From: an archaeon
GTDB lineage: Archaea > Iainarchaeota > Iainarchaeia > Iainarchaeales > 1-14-0-10-31-34
Length of the DNA: 11,068 nucleotides
Direction of reading: 5' to 3'
Assembly: GCA_043819075.1 (NCBI GenBank)
Contig: JBDRFE010000033.1
Span: forward strand, 1 to 11,068
The stretch's first letter is position 1; each line of letters opens with the position of its first letter. Below are positions 7,637-11,068 of this stretch, piece after piece. The translations under genes were made by a program, and so were the position numbers. Below the pieces are notes generated by a model. It ran no database searches and had not been told where the DNA came from. It saw only the letters and a list, made by a program, of their open reading frames with translations.

Positions 7637-7822
7637 TCAATCACCTTTCTTTTTTTGCTTATGGAATTCTTTTGTCCATTTAATGTTTCTTGGATTCCTT
7701 TTAAGCTTCAGCAAATTTTTTTCGCATTTGCTTGAACAAAAATTGAAGGTAGTGCCGTCTTTTTTTACATACATTACTCCTGTTCCTTTTCTAATGCTTT
7801 TTCCGCAAAAACTGCAGTCCAT
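7637..7822 (-). CDS. rpl24e: 50S ribosomal protein L24e (eL24)
   Basis: CSFCG...GTGVMYVKKDG...FCSSKCEKN...RNPRNIKWT. Confidence 0.98.
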   Translation of the reverse strand: MDCSFCGKSIRKGTGVMYVKKDGTTFNFCSSKCEKNLLKLKRNPRNIKWTKEFHKQKKKGD

Positions 7823-7838
7823 TTTTTTCCCTCCAATT

Positions 7839-8045
7839 TTATGCCTTTATTTCTTTTGCTTCTCTTTCAGTTGAAAGCAATATTATTATGTCGCCTTTTT
7901 TCAGGTTTCCTTTTACGTTTCTTCTTTTTACCCTGCCTTGTTCTGGGCCGTCTAATATTTTGCAGAGTACCTGAATTATTTCTCCGTGAACTCCTGTTCT
8001 CTGGATTACTTCAACTACTTCTGCTGGTGTTCCTCTGTCAGCCAT
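7839..8045 (-). CDS. rps28e: 30S ribosomal protein S28e (eS28)
   Basis: TPAEVVEVIQRTGVHGEIIQV...RNVKG...GDII..L.TEREA. Confidence 0.97.
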   Translation of the reverse strand: MADRGTPAEVVEVIQRTGVHGEIIQVLCKILDGPEQGRVKRRNVKGNLKKGDIIILLSTEREAKEIKA

Positions 8046-8049
8046 TTAA

Positions 8050-8418
8050 TCACACCTTTTTAAGTTCATTTATTTTTTTTATTATTTCTTCTAATTCTTT
8101 TTTTGCGCTTCCTTCTTCTGTTAATGCAATTGAAGCTGTTCCAATTCCAATGCCTGTTTTTTCCCCTAACTCTTTTTTTGTTGAAACATAAGTGAAGGGA
8201 ATCTTTTTTTCTTCACAAAGCAAAGGCAGGTGCATTACTATTTCTTGCGGTGAAACGTCTTCTGCAATAAAAACAAGTTTTGCTTTTCCTCTTTCAATTG
8301 CTTTGGTTGTTTCGTTTACGCCGATTCGTATTTTTCCTGTTTTTTTTGCTTTTTCAATCAGCTCTAATTGTTTTTCTTTTAGTTCTTTGCCTACGCTGAA
8401 CTTGATGTATTCTGCCAT
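8050..8418 (-). CDS. rpl7ae: 50S ribosomal protein L7Ae (eL8), K-turn binding protein
   Basis: [47 protein letters not shown]...KKELG. Confidence 0.98.
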   Translation of the reverse strand: MAEYIKFSVGKELKEKQLELIEKAKKTGKIRIGVNETTKAIERGKAKLVFIAEDVSPQEIVMHLPLLCEEKKIPFTYVSTKKELGEKTGIGIGTASIALTEEGSAKKELEEIIKKINELKKV

Positions 8419-8427
8419 TAAAAATCA

Positions 8428-8466
8428 ACCTCCTTGCAGCCTTTCCGGCTGTTCATTGTCATCGGC
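8428..8466 (-). promoter_or_regulatory. Predicted kink-turn in rpl7ae 5' UTR overlapping the Shine-Dalgarno
   Basis: mRNA: GCC-GAU-GAC-aaugaa-CAGCC-ggaaa-GGCUG-caa-GGA-GGU; C-stem GCC/GGU, 3-nt bulge GAU, tandem G.A/A.G, C-G. Confidence 0.7.
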
Positions 8467-8498
8467 AAAATAAGACTTAATAAAACCTGTGAAAAAAG

Positions 8499-8515
8499 CT
8501 TTAAAAAGGTATTTT
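8499..8515 (-). promoter_or_regulatory. Candidate archaeal BRE/TATA promoter of the rpl7ae cluster
   Basis: Minus strand AAAATACC-TTTTTAAAG would place a TSS near 8475, just upstream of the K-turn. AT-rich background limits certainty. Confidence 0.45.
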
Positions 8516-8526
8516 AAGAGCAAAAT

Positions 8527-10221
8527 TCACTTGTGTGTAAACCTCAGAAAGACTTTATTTTTTTCAATTGAATCAATTCTTGCGTAACCAAAGTTTTCTA
8601 ACTGCACTGAATTTCCTTCTTTTTCTTCCAGAATTTCTTCTTCTATAGAGCCAAGTTTTTTTGTGTTGTCATCCATTAAAATTTCTGCTGTAGTTTCATT
8701 TAAAATCCACTGAATTAAAGGCTTGTTCTCTAATTTTTGTGTGCCGGTAAATTCCCCGAAAACCTGGGTTTCATCTTTAGTTAATACCCTGAAATTTATT
8801 GCATGCTTTAATCTTACAATGCTTCCTTCTTCCAGTTTTCCTGCATCTTTTTTTGAAATCAAAAACTCTTGAGAGCCCTCGTTTAAAACATAAGTTCTTG
8901 TCTGGTCTGGAAAATCCGGGTGAACAGGCTTTTCTATTTCAATTTCCGGCATAAAATTTACTGTCAGCCTTACAGGCTCTTGAATAAAATAATATCTGTC
9001 AGATTTTTTGTCAATAAAACTTTTATTCAAGTCAATCATTCTCATGAAATCAACTGTTACATCAGAGCTTTTTACTCCGATTTCCCTTATTATTTCTTTT
9101 ATTGTCTGAGAAGAAAAGCCTCTTTTCCTTAAAGCCTGTATTGTGCCTAATCTGGGGTCATCCCATCCTGTAAACTCCCCTTTTTCTATTCCTTCTTTTA
9201 TTTTTGAAGTGCTTAACACCATTTCCTTTAATTTAATTCTCCCTGTGTTGAATACATGAGGATAACTCCAACCCAAATATCCGTACAAAAATTTTTGTTT
9301 TTCAGTGTTTTGTGCATGCTCTTGGCCTCGAATAATTAAGCTTATTCCTAGTTCGTGGTCGTCTATTGCTGAAGCAAAATTATATGAAGGCCAGACATGG
9401 TATTTGCTTCCAGTTCTAGGGTGCTCTGGGTTGTCAACTATTTTTGCAGCCCACCAGTCCCTTAGAGAAGGGTCTTTTGCCTCTAAATCTGTTTTAATCC
9501 TTAAGACTGCTGTGCCTTCCTTTAATTCATTGCTTAACATTTTTTCAAATTCTTTTAACTGTTCTTTTGAGTCTTTTTCCCTGCACGGGCATGGTTTGTT
9601 TTGGTCAATTAATTCTTTCCATTTTTCTTTTTCACAAAAACAAACATATGCTTTGCCCATTAAAATAATTTTTTTCATGTAATTGTAGTATATTTCCATT
9701 CTATCCGAAGCAAAAAAGGTTTCATCTACTTTAACGCCTAACCAGTTCAAGTCGGTTTTGAAAACCATTTCAGCGTTTTTTATTGGTTTTTTTACTTTTG
9801 GGTCAGTGTCATCAAACCTTAAAATGAATTTTCCGTTGTATTTTTTTGCGTACTCAAAAGAGTTCAATAAAGCTCTTGCATTGCCTAAATGAATTGGCCC
9901 GTTCGGGTTTGGAGCATAACGGGTTACTACTTTTTCTTTTTTAGCCCAGTCTAACTGCATTTCTTCTTTTTGTTTTCTTTCTGGCAGTTCGTCAAATGAA
10001 GTGAATGAATTAAATGTTTCCTGCAGTTCTTTTGCCTGCATTGAATTGACTTTTTCTATTGTTTCAGTTATTTCCCTGATGTTTTTGCCCAAGTTTTTGG
10101 CTAATTCCTTGTCTATTGCAATAAGTTTTGCTATTACTGCTTTTAAGTCTGCTTTGCCGTTGTGTTCAAATGCATTTCTTACAGCATACTTGAATGCTAA
10201 TTCTTTCATCTTTTCGTCCAT
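8527..10221 (-). CDS. gltX: Glutamate--tRNA ligase (archaeal type, probably non-discriminating)
   Basis: TRYAPNPNGPIHLGN (HIGH-like), LRFDDTDP, YVCFC..CPCR, WPSYNFASAIDD, IIRGQEH, VLSTS (KMSKS-like), GWDDPRLGT, QLENFGYARID. Confidence 0.98.
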   Translation of the reverse strand: MDEKMKELAFKYAVRNAFEHNGKADLKAVIAKLIAIDKELAKNLGKNIREITETIEKVNSMQAKELQETFNSFTSFDELPERKQKEEMQLDWAKKEKVVTRYAPNPNGPIHLGNARALLNSFEYAKKYNGKFILRFDDTDPKVKKPIKNAEMVFKTDLNWLGVKVDETFFASDRMEIYYNYMKKIILMGKAYVCFCEKEKWKELIDQNKPCPCREKDSKEQLKEFEKMLSNELKEGTAVLRIKTDLEAKDPSLRDWWAAKIVDNPEHPRTGSKYHVWPSYNFASAIDDHELGISLIIRGQEHAQNTEKQKFLYGYLGWSYPHVFNTGRIKLKEMVLSTSKIKEGIEKGEFTGWDDPRLGTIQALRKRGFSSQTIKEIIREIGVKSSDVTVDFMRMIDLNKSFIDKKSDRYYFIQEPVRLTVNFMPEIEIEKPVHPDFPDQTRTYVLNEGSQEFLISKKDAGKLEEGSIVRLKHAINFRVLTKDETQVFGEFTGTQKLENKPLIQWILNETTAEILMDDNTKKLGSIEEEILEEKEGNSVQLENFGYARIDSIEKNKVFLRFTHK

Positions 10222-10268
10222 AAAATACGCCTTGTAGTTAATTTTTTTGAATAAAATCGGTTTTAAGT

Positions 10269-10544
10269 TTATTGTTTGGCTTTAACACAGCAGTTCAAAG
10301 AGTTTTCGCAGTAATTTTCTTTTAATTCAAAGCCTTGCCCGCAAGGTGTTTCAGAGCAACTGCCTTTGATTTCACTACAGGTTTTCATGTTCTGGGGCTC
10401 TATTGCATTGCCTATTGGATTATCCAAGCCAAAATTCAGCAAAAAAACCATCATTAAAATGACTAAAACAAAGGTTCCGAATCTTTTTGCGTTCAAGCCT
10501 TTTTCTATTTGTTTTTTTAGTTCACTTAAGTATTCTGGTTCCAT
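10269..10544 (-). CDS. Small membrane-anchored protein with C-terminal six-cysteine (beta-defensin-like spacing) domain
   Basis: Hydrophobic segment aa 22-40 after basic KR; C56-x6-C63-x4-C68-x10-C79-x5-C85C86; same strand and composition as neighbours. Confidence 0.8.
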   Translation of the reverse strand: MEPEYLSELKKQIEKGLNAKRFGTFVLVILMMVFLLNFGLDNPIGNAIEPQNMKTCSEIKGSCSETPCGQGFELKENYCENSLNCCVKAKQ

Positions 10545-10564
10545 GACTAAACAGTGTTTTCTTG

Positions 10565-10574
10565 TATTTAAATA
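10565..10574 (-). promoter_or_regulatory. Candidate TATA box for a leaderless transcript of the 91-aa gene
   Basis: Minus strand TTTAAATA (10572-10565) ends 20 nt before ATG 10544; no SD visible. Confidence 0.5.
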
Positions 10575-10603
10575 ATTAACTTTTTTTTATAAAAATAGTT
10601 AAT

Positions 10604-10628
10604 GCAAACCGGTTTTTGCCCGGCTTGC
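10604..10628 (-). terminator. GC-rich hairpin downstream of the 142-aa gene (terminator or mRNA 3' stabiliser)
   Basis: RNA GCAAGCCGG-gcaaaaa-CCGGUUUGC, 9-bp stem with one G-U, 9 nt after the stop. Confidence 0.4.
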
Positions 10629-10637
10629 TTTAAAGAA

Positions 10638-11066
10638 TTAAAGAATTATTTGCAGGTTTGCTATTGGTGCTGGTTGGTCTTCGCTGCCGCTAAAGAATTT
10701 GATTGTTGTTCTGTCGCTGTCAATTCCTCTTTCTCCTGTTCCTCCACCGAAGTATGCGTGTCTGCCACCATTTCCAGGTTCATCAATTGTTGTTATTTTT
10801 TGTACAGTTGAACCTGCTCCGAAGTAAGCAGAGCGGTGTCCGTCTGGAATATCAAAATATGCGTATCTGCCGGTGTCATCATCGCCGAGATCAGTTATCA
10901 TGAATGACGCTGTCCTGCAGCCGGTGTCTCCGCCGAGAAAGTTAACTGGTTTGTTTGTGTCTCCCATGCCTGAAACTGTTTCAGTTTTCCAGCCTCCGTT
11001 CACAAAAGCAGATGCTACAACAGAAAAAGCAATTAAAATTACTGCTAACAATAATATTTTTTTCAT
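10638..11066 (-). CDS. Secreted Gly/Asp-rich hypothetical protein with R-x-A-Y-F repeats
   Basis: Sec signal peptide MKKILLLAVILIAFSVVASA (A-S-A cleavage); repeats RTASF, RYAYF, RSAYFG, RHAYFG. Confidence 0.85.
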   Translation of the reverse strand: MKKILLLAVILIAFSVVASAFVNGGWKTETVSGMGDTNKPVNFLGGDTGCRTASFMITDLGDDDTGRYAYFDIPDGHRSAYFGAGSTVQKITTIDEPGNGGRHAYFGGGTGERGIDSDRTTIKFFSGSEDQPAPIANLQIIL

Positions 11067-11068
11067 TT

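Noticed and set aside
7408..7644. 78-aa minus-strand ORF
   Set aside because: Alternate frame overlapping ndk; low-complexity basic sequence.
10470..10510. Class III (archaeal pilin) signal peptide in the 91-aa protein
   Set aside because: KRFG does not fit the [KR][GA] cleavage motif directly before the hydrophobic stretch.
10750..10871. Near-identical 17-mers differing only at A/G positions, as in a DGR TR/VR pair
   Set aside because: Far too short, in-frame within one gene, and no reverse transcriptase nearby; explained by the protein repeat.
199..10903. Many plus-strand ORFs (e.g. 4455-5171, 6149-6820, 2528-2992)
   Set aside because: Phe/Ser/Leu-rich antisense shadows of A-rich minus-strand genes; no recognisable motifs.

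Overview
Archaeal genomic window (AT-rich, Lys/Glu-rich proteins; a reduced DPANN-type lineage is plausible but inferred) with all credible genes on the minus strand. In transcription order: a secreted Gly-rich repeat protein, a small membrane protein with a beta-defensin-like six-Cys motif, glutamyl-tRNA synthetase, then the conserved archaeal cluster rpl7ae-rps28e-rpl24e-ndk-[dut]-aIF5B-rps6e-aIF2gamma-PIN-rpoE1-spt4-rps24e-rps27ae, a CPBP intramembrane protease and a TsaC/Sua5 gene running off the left edge. Highlights: (1) two intergenic multi-hairpin cassettes (1321-1390 and 4233-4401) that share modules in opposite orientation, including a 7-bp stem with 4 fully compensated changes, an identical loop and a TGCA foot (REP/MITE-like or structured RNA family); (2) a kink-turn that would sequester the rpl7ae Shine-Dalgarno; (3) the defensin-like protein next to an R-x-A-Y-F repeat protein.
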